Shown piece after piece: positions 14,477 through 27,300 of a stretch of 64,000 nt of DNA (position 1 is its first letter; each line of letters starts with the position of its first letter). The DNA lies in the NCBI GenBank assembly GCA_050613775.1, contig JBODTK010000013.1:1116001-1180000 (forward strand), in the 5' to 3' direction. The stretch is from Neocallimastix sp. 'constans'. Its lineage: Eukaryota. A program made the position numbers and the translations under genes. Under the pieces are notes generated by a model, which did no database searches, was not told where the DNA came from, and saw only the letters and a list, made by a program, of their open reading frames with translations.

Positions 14477-15909
14477 ACAGTGAAATTGTTTTGATTTATG
14501 TATCTATAATAAAATTATGAAAATATGAAAACTTTTTTTATTTTTTTTTAAAAAAATTTTAATATTAAATGAATTAAATAATATATTGAATTTAAAGTTA
14601 AAATAATATTTTATTGTTTAAAGTAAAGGTAAAATATGTACATATGTATGTTTTATTGTTCTTTCTATTTTTCCAAAGTATTTTTTTTTAAAAACTTCGG
14701 TATTTATATTTATGCATAACAAAATTTTTATAAAATAAATATATTATATAATCAATATTTTATATAATCAATATTTTATATAATAATTTATCAATAATAT
14801 ATAAATTTAATATTAATTTTGTTTTTTTTTTTATACTTTAAAAGTAATTTTTTTTTTTATAAACACTAGATCTGTACTTATTAGTAAATGAATTTTATAT
14901 ATATTTTATATATATTTTATATATGTTTATATATATTTATATTTTATGTATATTTATATATATATGTCATAGGTGAAATAAAAAATAAAAATTACCAAAT
15001 TTAGATATTTTGTGTTATAAACCTAAATTTTAAAGAAATATATTTAAAAAAAATGTTAATAATTAATAATAACAATAATAAATAAAAATATTTTTAAAGC
15101 ATAAACAACAATATATAATTAATAAATATTTAGTATGAAAAATAGTATTACTACTCTTAATATATAATAAATTATTTAATGCTTTTTAAGAAAAATATAT
15201 TATTTTTAATTAATTAATTCTTATATATCATAAAAACAATTAATTTTACCGTAGATCTCTCCTCAAATCTCAAATCTTTCAACTTTACACTTTATTATAA
15301 AAACTTCGGTGATCTTTTTTTTTCCTGCCTTAAAAAGAAATAATTTTTAAATCATTTTAACATAATTAAGAATTATTATACTAACATTAAAAATAAATGC
15401 AATATAAAAAAAAAAATTAATAATAATAATAAGATTAAATAAAAATAAAAAATAAAATAAAATAAAATATACATTAAACGACCTGAAATCTTTTTTTTTT
15501 TTATTTTCTTCTATTTTTATAATTGATTAAATTTATATTTAAATCATTAAATCTTTCAAATTTTTAAATAATGAAATTATTTATTATCATGTATTTATTA
15601 TTATCACTTATTATTATTATTATTATTATAAATATATATCTTTTAAAAAATTAATTACTATAAAACTATTTTCATTAGAAATAAAATATTTTGAAATACT
15701 TGGATACATAATCCATTCATTTATTAATTAATTACTTATAAAAAATTAAAAAATATAAAAAAAAGAAGTAAAAATAAAAACAAAATAAATAAAAACAAAA
15801 TAAATAAAAACTAAATAAATAAAAACAAAATAAGTAAAAACGAAATAAGTAATAACAAAAAAAATAAAAATAAATAAAAAATAAAAGATAATTCCTTTTT
15901 TAACATACT

Positions 15910-16139
15910 TACACTTTTATTCTATTTGCTATACTCATTGATTCTATATATTTTAGTTTAAATTTTAAAAATTAAAAAAAAAAATTATTTTTTCTTATCA
16001 GTATCAAATTATTTTAATTAAAAGTACACTTTTATTCTATTTGCTATACTCATTGATTCTATATATTTTAGTTTAAATTTTAAAAATTAAAAAAAAAATT
16101 ATTTTTTCTTATCAGTATCAAATTATTTTAATTAAAAGT
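15910..16139. repeat. Near-perfect tandem duplication, 2 x ~115 bp
   Basis: tacacttttattctatttgctatactcattg...aattaaaag starts at 15910 and again at 16025. Confidence 0.9.
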
Positions 16140-16654
16140 AAAGTTTAACATCATATTAAAACGATAAATAATAATTAATAAATAATAAATAATAATTCTT
16201 TTTTTCTAATTAAATAAATGAAATTGAAATCTTATTGGAGGAATTTAATATGATAAATAGAACACTTCATTATGGTAATACAAACCTTAAATATATATAA
16301 AAGCATGACAAAAATTAATAATAATTAAATCAAGTACAAAATAAAATAAAATAAATACTAATATAAATATCAAAATATTATTATAGTACAGATTGAATAA
16401 AATAAAATAAAATAAAATAAAATAAAATGAATAGTAGAATATTGAATATAAATAAAGGTCTTAAAATATTGTATTAATTAAAATATATATATATAAAATA
16501 TAAATATATATATAAAATTTAAATATATTTATTAAATAATAATAATATAAAATAAGATATTTTAAAGGAATTAACAATAATAATAATACACAAAAAGATA
16601 ATAATAATAATAAATTCTAAATAAAATATAAAATTATAGTATTAATAAAAAGTA

Positions 16655-16972
16655 TAATTTATATAATAATATAATATTCTTATTAATATTCTTGTATTGT
16701 GTAACTTTCTTTTTTTTTTTTTTTTAATTATAATTAATCTTAATTGTATTTTTTCTAGTTGGAAATTTCTTTTTATTTAAAAATAAAAAAAAAAAAATTT
16801 ATATTATGGAAAGTAATACCATAAAAATAATTATATAATAATATAATATTCTTATTAATATTCTAGTATTGTGTAACTTTCTTTTTTTTTTTTTTTTTTA
16901 ATTATAATTAATCTTAATTGTATTATTTCTAGTTGGAAATTTCTTTTATTTAAAAATAAAAAAAAAAAAAAA
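16655..16972. repeat. Direct duplication, period ~175 bp
   Basis: tatataataatataatattcttattaatattct..gtattgtgtaactttc..ctagttggaaatttc occurs twice. Confidence 0.85.
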
Positions 16973-17016
16973 GTTAATAGGTTATAATATTTTATTTTAT
17001 TTCATTTGTTTATAAT

Positions 17017-17161
17017 GGGAGAGTTGAATTTTCCCAAATTGCATTTCACCAGGTTACATTTCGACAAGTGGAGTATTGATATAAATAAATGAATAAATAA
17101 ATATTAATTCAAAATAATTTTCTTTAAAATTGCTTTTATTCAATATTAATAATATTTAATT

Positions 17162-17193
<32 letters not shown>

Positions 17194-17320
17194 TAATTTT
17201 CAACTTGGCGAATTGCAATTTGGCGAAATGCCATATTTTTTTTAATAAGCCACATGCCATCAAAAAAAATTGGCGAAATGCAACCTTGGAAATGCAATTT
17301 GATGAATTACCCCACTCGTG
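17017..17320. mobile_element. MITE-like non-autonomous DNA transposon (~300 bp)
   Basis: Imperfect ~50-bp TIRs (caaattgcatttcaccaggttacatttcgacaa vs reverse complement caaattgcatttccaaggttgcatttcgccaa), internal ttggcgaa(a/t)tgc repeats, and TTATAAT on both flanks as a likely TSD. Confidence 0.7.
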
Positions 17321-17478
17321 CTTATAATTTATAATTTTTTTATTTATTGATATTATTTATTTAAATTATTTAATTAATTCATTATTTATCCATTTTTATT
17401 ATTTAAATTACATACATATATCATAAAAATAATTCAAAAAAAAAAAAAAAAAATATTAATATTAAATAATATTTAATA

Positions 17479-17509
<31 letters not shown>

Positions 17510-17677
17510 TAAATTTTATTTTTATTTTTTAAATAGTATTCTTATTTTTTTTTTAATTATTTCATTATTTTTATTTTTAATTTTTTTTTAATTAATTATA
17601 TTAATTATTTAAAATGCTATAAATAATTTTATTCTTGATTTTAAATGTTAATTTTATATTTATACATGTAATGTAAT

Positions 17678-19078
17678 TTAAATACATTGAGAATAATAAT
17701 CATTTAATGGAACACATTTACTACCAGATTGACAACAGGTTGGACCATTGAAATTCTTTCCACCACATTGTTCATATTTTAATGCGCAATGGCTTAAATC
17801 TTCAGTAGGTGTAGGACTGGAATTACCAGTAACAGTAACAGTAATCTTTTCAATTTTTGTAATTGTTTCAACTTCAGTAACATACTTTGTCACAGGGACA
17901 CAACTACCTAATGGAAGAGTTTTGGTGGTAGTAGTAGTAGTTTTACCTGGAAGAGTTTTGGTGGTAGTTGTAGTAGTTTTACCTGGAAGAGTTTTAGTGG
18001 TAGTTGTAGTAGTTTTACCTGGAAGAGTTTTGGTAGTAGTAGTAGTAGTTTTACCTGGAAGAGTTTTGGTAGTAGTAGTAGTTGTTTTACCTGGAAGAGT
18101 TTTGGTAGTAGTAGTAGTAGTTTTACCTGGAAGAGTTTTGGTAGTAGTAGTAGTAGTTTTACCTGGAAGAGTTTTGGTGGTAGTAGTAGTAGTTTTACCT
18201 GGAAGAGTTTTGGTAGTAGTTGTAGTAGTTTTACCTGGAAGAGTTTTGGTAGTAGTAGTAGTAGTTTTACCTGGAAGAGTTTTGGTAGTAGTTGTAGTAG
18301 TTTTACCTGGAAGAGTTTTGGTAGTAGTAGTAGTTGTTTTACCTGGAAGAGTTTTGGTAGTAGTTGTAGTTGTTTTATCTGGAAGAGTTTTGGTGGTAGT
18401 AGTAGTAGTTTTACCTGGAAGAGTTTTGGTGGTAGTAGTAGTTGTTTTACCTGGAAGAGTTTTGGTAGTAGTTGTAGTAGTTTTACCTGGAAGAGTTTTG
18501 GTAGTAGTTGTAGTAGTTTTACCTGGAAGAGTTTTGGTAGTAGTAGTAGTTGTTTTACCTGGAAGAGTTTTGGTGGTAGTTGTAGTAGTTTTACCTGGAA
18601 GAGTTTTGGTGGTAGTTGTAGTAGTTTTACCTGGAAGAGTTTTGGTAGTAGTAGTACTTTTATCTGGAAGAGTTTTGCCAGTATTATAACTATAATATGT
18701 TTTGCCTTGATAGTCGTAGCCACAATCATTGTCATGATAAACAAAATCAAATTCCTGTCCTTTTTGAGATGAATAATAATAATTTTCATATAAACTATTA
18801 AAGTAACTAGGGCAAGAAATATCAAATTTACTACTACAATTCCATACATTACTACAATCTCTTGAATCAACATAATAAGAAAATCTACCATTTGCCTTAC
18901 TACAGGCTCCAAATAAAGTTTTACCAAAAGGATGAACAATTGTGAAACTTTTTGGTGTGCAAGTCTTGGTAGTAGTTCTTGGTGGAGCTTTAGTAGCTGG
19001 AATTGTTTTTGTAGTAACAGCAAAAGCTGTACTAAATAATGTTCCAATTAATAAAATAGTATATAAATAAAACTTCAT
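17678..19078 (-). CDS. Secreted non-catalytic CBM1 protein with long Thr-rich repeat linker (466 aa)
   Basis: Signal peptide, small Cys/Tyr-rich N-terminal region, ~21 x [12 protein letters not shown], and C-terminal [29 protein letters not shown] matching the fungal CBM1 pattern. Confidence 0.92.
   Translation of the reverse strand: MKFYLYTILLIGTLFSTAFAVTTKTIPATKAPPRTTTKTCTPKSFTIVHPFGKTLFGACSKANGRFSYYVDSRDCSNVWNCSSKFDISCPSYFNSLYENYYYSSQKGQEFDFVYHDNDCGYDYQGKTYYSYNTGKTLPDKSTTTTKTLPGKTTTTTTKTLPGKTTTTTTKTLPGKTTTTTTKTLPGKTTTTTTKTLPGKTTTTTTKTLPGKTTTTTTKTLPGKTTTTTTKTLPDKTTTTTTKTLPGKTTTTTTKTLPGKTTTTTTKTLPGKTTTTTTKTLPGKTTTTTTKTLPGKTTTTTTKTLPGKTTTTTTKTLPGKTTTTTTKTLPGKTTTTTTKTLPGKTTTTTTKTLPGKTTTTTTKTLPGKTTTTTTKTLPGKTTTTTTKTLPLGSCVPVTKYVTEVETITKIEKITVTVTGNSSPTPTEDLSHCALKYEQCGGKNFNGPTCCQSGSKCVPLNDYYSQCI
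17910..18680. repeat. 36-bp coding minisatellite (~21 copies)
   Basis: Unit ttttacctggaagagttttggtagtagtagtagtag with mostly synonymous variation. Confidence 0.95.
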
Positions 19079-20825
19079 TTTTTTTTCTTTATTTTATTTA
19101 TTTCTTAATTTTCTTCTTATCTTATTATTTTATTTTACTTATTTTCTTTAATTTTTTAAATTCAAAAAATTTTATAAATATATATATATTATTAATAATT
19201 TAAACTTCAACTTTCTTTTTCTTTTTTTTTTTAATTATTATTTATAATTTAATTATTATAAATTATAAATTTATTATTATATTATTTATGTAATAGTTAA
19301 AAAAAAATTATTAATTATGATTATTATTCTCTTTTTTTTTTGAATGATTTTTGTTTATGAAAAAAAAAAAAAAAAAAAAAAAAAATATTTTAAATACATT
19401 TAAAAATAATAATATTAATTTTTATTAATAAAATTTGATTTTATTTAAAAGTTTATTTATTAATTAAATTTAATAAAAAGGTAATTACAATGTTTTAACA
19501 TAAAATAAAGTCACGCTTTTTATATACATTTGAAATGTGGCGAATTAAATAAAACATTTTTCTATTACTAATGTATTACTAATATTTTGATCATGTGAGT
19601 AATAATGAATTATTCTAAAATTCTATGATTATTAATAATAAAACTAAAATTACTAATTAAATTATTTTCATATTTTAACATTTATTATTAATATTGCTAT
19701 ATATTTAAAGTTAATATTTTAATTTTCATATAAAACACTTTTTCATTATTATTATTATTGTTATTTTAATTTATTAATTAGATTATTTTTTTTTATTATT
19801 TATTAAAGTTTATGTTTTATTAAAAAAACTACCAAAAAAAAAAATTTTTTTTTTTGAGTAAAAATATATGAGCAAAAAAAAAAATAATACTAACGGGTAG
19901 AACATCAAAGGAATAAAAATAAATAAAAAATATAAAGATATATTAAAAAAAATTATTTATGTATAAAAATAAGTAAAAAAAAAAGTAAGAATAAAATATT
20001 ATAACATTATTTTGTTTTTATTATTATTGAAATATTACTATAAAAAAAAAAGGTGAAGCAATATTTCTATTCTTAAAATTCTCAATTAATACAGATATTT
20101 TAATAATGATTTATTTTATTTTTCATTTTTGGGATTAAAAAAAAAAAAAAAAAATTTAATTAAAAAAATTACATTTAAAAAATGATAATAATAATAATTT
20201 AAATTAATTTAATTTAAATTTATGTAAATCAAATACAAAATGTATTGAAATGGAAATTGAAAAATTAAATTGTTTAAAAGAAATAAACTTTTAATATTTA
20301 AAAAAGATAAAAAAAAAAAAAAAAAAAAAGAAAAAAATTAAAAAAATTAATAAATTTGAAATTTGAATATATTTTTTTATTTATTTATTGCTAAATAATT
20401 ATTGTTTTGTTTTGGTTTGATTACTAAAATAAATTATTGTTCTTTTTTTTTTTTTGGAGTTTTCTATATATATTTTATATATTAAAAAAAATAAGAAAAA
20501 AAAATTTAAATTAAAATATTTTTTTATTAAATAAAATCATGTTTTCATAAAATACATTAAAAAAAAACAATTATTTTTCTTTTATTGTTAAATTCTTTCT
20601 TTATAGTTATTCTACCAAGTAATAAAATAAAGAAGTATAATTACCATTAAATATAAAATAAAATTATTATTTTTCTATATTAAATCTATGAAAAATTAGT
20701 TTTATAATTGAAATTTTAAAAAATAGACTTTTTTTTAAAAAATATATATATATATATAATATATATATATATTCTCTTTATCTTAATTAAATTTCGTTTA
20801 TTTATAATTAACAATATTTTTTTTT

Positions 20826-21056
20826 ATAGACTGAATACTTATGTCTCCCACATATGTTAATATGGGTGTATGTTTAACTGCCATACCGTTACGGCGTCGA
20901 CACTCCCAACTCCCCATAAGCAAAGAAATTCCAGTATAGAAGCACTCTATGCGATCCTCAAGGGAAAGCAGAGCCCACTATAGGTGGCCTCTTTGCCATC
21001 CCAGAGGAGCTGGAAACTGTAATCCTCTCAGACAAAGCTTACGCAATGGGATTCTT
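20826..21056. other. GC-rich structured island: unidentified ncRNA or retroposon 3' UTR remnant
   Basis: About 230 bp of near-balanced composition in very AT-rich DNA, with several hairpins, no long ORF and a T-run on the left. Confidence 0.4.
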
Positions 21057-21647
21057 AAATTGTTAGAAATATAAATTTTTTTTCATGTGATAATAACATA
21101 ATTTTTTTTTTTTGTAATATAAAGAATTTTTAATAGAAGTTACAATTACAACAAATATACTATTAAATAATACTAATATCTTTCTCTGCATAATTTAAAT
21201 ACTTCACTCTCTAATTAATACAATATTATTATGGTAATCCTGTACAATAGATTATAATACTATAAAAAATTACAATAATAATAATAATAATATAAATATT
21301 TTATTTCATTCTGAATTTGGATTGACAAGTGACAATGACGGTGGCCTGTAGAATCTTATCTGAATGTATATATAAAAAGTAATAAATTAAAAATAAAAAA
21401 TTTATATAATAATAACTGATTATTATAATTATAAATATATATAAAATGAAAATTTATTTATCAAAAAGTTGATTAATAGTTAAGTATTCTTAATAATCTA
21501 TTTTTATATTTAATATTTATATATTTATATATTTATATATTTATATATATTTATGTCTATATTTAATATTTATATATTTATATATTCAGTTATATTTGTA
21601 CTTTTTTTTTTTTTTAATAAATATATATATGTATAAATATAAAACTT

Positions 21648-21780
21648 AATGAAAGTTTATTTCATTAATTACCAATTTTTTTTTATATAATGAAAGTTTA
21701 TTTCATTAATTACCAATTTTTTTTTTATATAATGAAAGTTTATTTCATTAATTACCAATTTTTTTTTTATATAAAGTTTA
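21648..21780. repeat. Tandem repeat, 3 x ~42 bp
   Basis: aatgaaagtttatttcattaattaccaattttttttatat three times. Confidence 0.9.
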
Positions 21781-22508
21781 ATTTTAGTTATTTATTTTAT
21801 TTATATTTTTATTTTATTTTATTTTAAATTATTGTTGAATATATTTGTAAAATATTTTTATAATCCATGTAATCGACAATATGGCTTGACCCATAGTGTA
21901 CCAAAATTATGTACTACTTGTGTAATTTATAATAAAGCTATTTTTGTAATTAATTAAAATGAGACTTAATAAAAGTAATATCAAATTGACCAAAATTCAT
22001 TTCCAAATAAATTTTTTTTATACTTTATTAAAGAATAATCACACAAAAATGGTTATATTTAATTTTTTTTTTTTTATTTTTAACTAATTTTAATTTTTTA
22101 TTGTATTTTTATTTTTATTTTTTAAATTATGATATATCAAAGAATATAATATACTGATATAGAATATAAATAAAAACTTTAATTAATATAAAAATTAATT
22201 TATTATAAACACATAAATATATTAAAAATTATGTTAATTGCAAATTGGTAAATTATTATAATTGTGGCTAGTGAAAATATCATTAGAATTTAGGAAATTA
22301 ATGATAACATAAAAATAAGAATTTCATTGTGTATTATTAATAATTTATTATATTAAATAACTTTTATTTTATTTCTAATATTTATTATATTTTATAACAT
22401 TTATGTATATATATTTTATTAAACTTTATATTTTATTATATGAAAACTTTATTATAAATTAGTATAAATGTAAATTATTTTATATTATGTAATTGTTAAG
22501 TTGTTAAC

Positions 22509-23283
22509 TGTAAAGAGTTCTATCAGAAACAGATTACAAATAACAAATTTTAACACCAAAATAAAAAAACACGTAATAAAAATTCGTTTTTTTAAATAAA
22601 ATAATCTTTATTAATTAAAAAATTAAATCTCTTTTTTGTTATTAACTATCATATAGTCAATAACTAATACATCGATTTAATTATAGAAATTTACATGTAT
22701 TTATATTTTTTCATTATTACATTATAATATATTATTTCTATCTAATTTACATATATTACTATTTATTTATAAACAAAATATTTATTAATAATTTTATTAA
22801 ATAATAATTAACTAAACTAAACAATAATTAATTCAATAAACTTTCAACTTATTTACAATAATAATTAAATTCAATAACAACTCATTTATTATATATTAAT
22901 TATATAAATATTATTAATACTAATGTTTATATATTTACAATTCAAAACTATTTTTATAAACTATTTAAACTAATTTTAACTGTTTAAAACTATTCCGAAA
23001 TTAATTTTAAAGTTTTTTAAACTAACTAAACTAAATTAACTAAATTAACTAAATTAAATAGAATAACTATTTTAAATAAACTAAACTAAATTAACTAACT
23101 TAAATAAATTATTTAGATTTAAGTTATTATCCAAAATTATTTAAATAATAATTTTTCCTTTATGAAAAGTTTACATAAATTTATAATTAATTTTCATATA
23201 CGTAAATCATAAATTTATGTAATTTTATTACATTAATTAATTATGTAATAATTAATTATTAAAGATTTTATTAAATATTTACA
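22509..23283 (-). mobile_element. Solo LTR M (775 bp, related to the element B LTR) inserted in the 5' LTR of A
   Basis: TGTAAAG..TTTACA with 5-bp TSD TTAAC (22504-08 / 23284-88); the reverse complement resembles the B LTR (aatcgatgta..gttatt, aataaagattatttt). Confidence 0.85.
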
Positions 23284-23384
23284 TTAACTAACTAATTATT
23301 ATTACTAAATAAATAAAAATAAATATTAAAAAGAATATAATCGCTTCTCCCAAAAAGTGGAAATTAGAATCGAGTTATATCAAT

Positions 23385-23399
23385 TGGTGGCGATATCGG
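23385..23399 (+). promoter_or_regulatory. Putative primer-binding site of A (tRNA not assigned)
   Basis: TGGTGGCGATATCGG begins 2 nt after the LTR-terminal CA. Confidence 0.55.
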
Positions 23400-23542
23400 T
23401 TCTTTTTGAGGAGGAAGGATATATTAAAATAAAGAATATTATTTTTTTTTGATTTTATTGTAATAGTTGGTTATTTATAAAATAAAAAAAAAATTTTTTT
23501 TTGAAGAAATCGAAGATTAAAAATATTAATTTATTCGTCAAA

Positions 23543-24344
23543 ATGGAAGAATTTATTAAGATGAATTTTCTATCTAGCATGCTTCAAAATATCATTCATA
23601 TCAATGATGAAAACCATGACATGGAGACATGGTATATTCAAATGAAAGCCTTCAAAGAAATGCACAATATAACTGAAGGTGAAGAGCTTTATAGATACTG
23701 TACCATGACTGTGCAAGGTAAAGAGTATCACTGACCATATTATTAGAGTCAGTGAAGATGAAATTACTTATCCAAGTTTAGAACAAATGAAGGAATATAT
23801 TTTGAAAGCCTACAACATGGACGTATCACCAGAAGATATCATTGACCAACTTAAGGATATGAAGATTTCAGTCGATGATAATCTCAAGGAGTTCAATTTA
23901 AAATATTTGGAACTTTATGACAAATTATCCATTTCAGAAAAATTAGCTATTACTTATAAGGACTATTTGAATTCCATTGAATACAAACATCAAGCTTATA
24001 AGGGTGTTTGGTTAGCTGGAAAAATGGAAATTCCAAAAGCCATGGAAATTGCAGAAAGACACGAAGATTTTGTTATTAAAAATAGATAAAAAATGGAAGT
24101 AAAAAGAAAATCTAATCCTAACCCTAGTAATCAAAAAAATTTTAATGGTCAATACAAAACGAAAAATTTTTCTACGAATCCATTGGAGACTAAACCAAAA
24201 ATTAAGGTTAATGCTTACTATTGTTGTGGGGAGTCTGGACATCTAAAAGCTGAATGTCCTGAATTCATTAGACAAGAATATTTAAGATATAAAGAGTTAG
24301 TGGAAAAATTAGATCAAAGTAAAAAGGATTCTTTAAACTTTTAA
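23543..24344 (+). pseudogene. gag: gag of A (disrupted)
   Basis: Three fragments homologous to the gag of C and F; degenerate zinc knuckle YYCCGESGHLKAEC; ends in SLNF* at a TTTAAAC slippery site. Confidence 0.8.
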
Positions 24345-27300
24345 ATGAGAGTTCGCGACCTCTCGTTAATCAAAACGCTCAAACATTTGTTGTAGACGCT
24401 ACGAAAAGAAAAAGACTTTCCCTAGAAGATTAAGATAAAATTTCAAATAAGAAATTAAATAGTAGACCATCCTCTCCTGATTTATTAAATGAAATAGATA
24501 ATAATAAATTGTATAATGTAAACAATAATAAAGAAATTAATAAAGATTATAATCAAAATTATATTAAAAGTTCCGATAGTGTCTATAAAAATTCATTGTT
24601 TATAAGTAATAATAATAAAAATGCACCTTCAATAAACAATTCAAATGTTGAAAATAATAATGGTAATATTAAGGAAATAAACAAAATAAATTCTAACTCC
24701 GAAAATTTATCAAATGAAATGTCAGGTGACCATCAAGAGATTTCTGATATTAATTTAAATACAAAAATGAAAGAGGTTACACAAAGCAAAAAGGTTACAT
24801 TTGTTGATGTCCCACATGGTAATACTAGAGTAGAAAAACATATCAATATGGTTCAAAAATTAAATATAAAACCATATAACCTAATAGAGGATATTGCTAA
24901 TACCAAATGTAACATAAATATGGGACAACTTTTAGATTTGGTTCCTAAAGCACGTAGTGACCTAACCAAGAGTCTACGTGCAGATAAAATTAAATTAGTG
25001 AGTTCCATTGATTTTTCGGAGGATTCAAATAAAATTCCTAACAAAGATGGAATAATTAAAGACGAAGATACCGGACTAGTCAAGTGCAAGGTAGATAATA
25101 CTCCAGGTAGACTTCTTATTGATTCTGGTAGTAATCTAAATCTGATATCTACATCTTACTTGAATAGTCTTCCAGGTCAATACGAGCAAGTGGGTTATTG
25201 TCGTGGACTTATTTATGAAGCCTTAGGTGATAATACGGTGGCAGATGCAATAGTTGTTCGTTTAACTTTACATATTAATAATTTTTCTTTTACCGCTAAT
25301 TTTTGTGTAGTGGAACACGATACTATGTATTTTGATTTATTAATTGGCCTTAAAACTATATTTTCAAACTCATTATTTATCCACCCCTTAATTAAGTGCC
25401 ACTCTTTGTCGATTCCTAGATAAAACCAAATTCGTAACTATTGCGCCTCTTATTAAAGAACAAGATGATGATATAATTATTTGTTTTCTTAGATGTAAAA
25501 GACATGAAAAATTGATAAATACTTTTAAACTTGAAGAATTAAGTGATAATGATGAATTCACTCCTACATTAAATTCTTCAAGGAAAGAGGGTGTTTTAAG
25601 TCCTATAGAATACATAAATTCACCACAATTTCTTTTATCTTTAGACAAAGATTGTAAAGAGGATATTATCAAGCTATTAAATTCTTATTTAGATATAATT
25701 GCTACATCATCCGAAGATTTGACCCCTTCAGATTTAGGTCCTCATCATATACAATTAGTAGAGGGTGCTAAACCTGTTAAAAGTAAATTTTATAAATTAA
25801 ATAAATTCAAATCAGATACTGTTAAAGAAGAAATTCTCAAACTTTGGGAAAATGGTTTAATTGCTCCTGCTAAATCTTCATGGTCCTCGCCCATTGTTCT
25901 AGCTCGTAAGAAAAACAGAAAATGGAGACTTTGTAGCGATTATAGAAAAGTTAATGATTTAACTGTCCCTGACGTTTATTCACTTCCAAATATAGAGGAA
26001 ATATTTGATAGCCTTGCTGGTGCGATAATTTTCTCAACTTTAGATCTTTTCTCAGGTTACCATCAAATTTTAATGGCTGAAGATTCCATTGATATTACAG
26101 GCTTCACTACAAAATTCGGTAATTTTGTGTACAAAGTCATGCCGTTTGGTCTTACTGGAGCCCCAGCGACCTTTCAAAGAGAGCTGAACTCCATTCTTAT
26201 TGAACTATTAGGAAAATCGGTTTTCGTTTTTCTTGATGATATTTTAATATTCTCTAAAAGTAAGGAAGAACACTTAACTCACCTTGAACGAGTTTTTAGT
26301 ATTTTCAGAAAACACAAAGTTAAACTCAACATTGGTAAATGTCACTTCTTTAAGGAAAGAGTTGAAGTTTTGGGTCATATGGTTACAAAGGATGGTTTAA
26401 CTACAATGGAAAGTAAGGTAGAGGCTGTTAAAAACTGTAATCGCCCTAGCAATATCAATGAAGTTCGTTCATTCTTCGGTACTGTTGGTTATTATAGAAA
26501 GTTTATTCCAAATTTTTCTAAGCTAGCTGCTCCCTTAACAATTCTTTTAAGAAAAAATTGTTCTTTCTTTTGGGGGGAAGAACAGCAGTTAGCGTTTGAT
26601 ATTTTAAAATCTGCTTTAATCAACGCTCCGATATTAAGATTCCCAGACTACAGTAAACAATTTATAATACGAACTGACGCTTGTGCTGAAGGAATTGGGG
26701 GTGTTTTACTACAGAAAGATGAAGAGGATGGAGTGGAATATCCTATTCATTATGTTAGTAGAACACTAACAAAGGCGGTGAGAAACTACAGCACCACAGA
26801 CCTTGAAGGCACTGCTGTATATTATTGCGCTGAAAAATTTAAACTCTATATTTCTGGAAACATGTATGAAACTTTATTATACACAGATCATAAACCACTG
26901 GTGGGATTATTTAAAAACAAGGAACCAAATAATTTGCGTCATATTAGATAGTGCATATTAATAAGTATGCTAAAGATAAAAATTTTATATGAACCAGGGA
27001 GAAAGAATTCCTTAGCTGATGCTCTATCCAGAATTAAAAGACAAAATGAGGGTATAAATAAAACAATTCATAATTTAATAAATATTGAACCAGGACAAAT
27101 GGAAGAAAACAAAAACAAAAATATAAAACAAGATCTAAAAGATAATATAGATATAAAAAGTAAAATAGAAGAGATCAATGAATTAGACGAATCTAAAAAG
27201 AAGGACTGTGATTCAAGAAATTATAAAAATTCCGCTATCAAAGAAAAAAATTTTTCTATAAAAAAATTTAAAAATTTTTCAGATGAAACTTCAAAAATTT

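Noticed and set aside
17910..18680. CRISPR-like 36-bp periodicity
   Set aside because: No unique spacers and no cas genes; it is a coding minisatellite in a eukaryotic gene.
17748..19047. 313-aa (+) and 379-aa (-) overlapping ORFs
   Set aside because: The 36-bp repeat lacks stops in several frames; variation is synonymous only in the CBM1 frame.
20995..21020. Hammerhead-like CAGAGGA..GAAAC
   Set aside because: CUGANGA is mismatched and no stem II closes.
21305..21366. Possible box C/D snoRNA (terminal CTGA, CATTC/GAATG ends)
   Set aside because: No convincing RTGATGA box C or recognisable rRNA guide.
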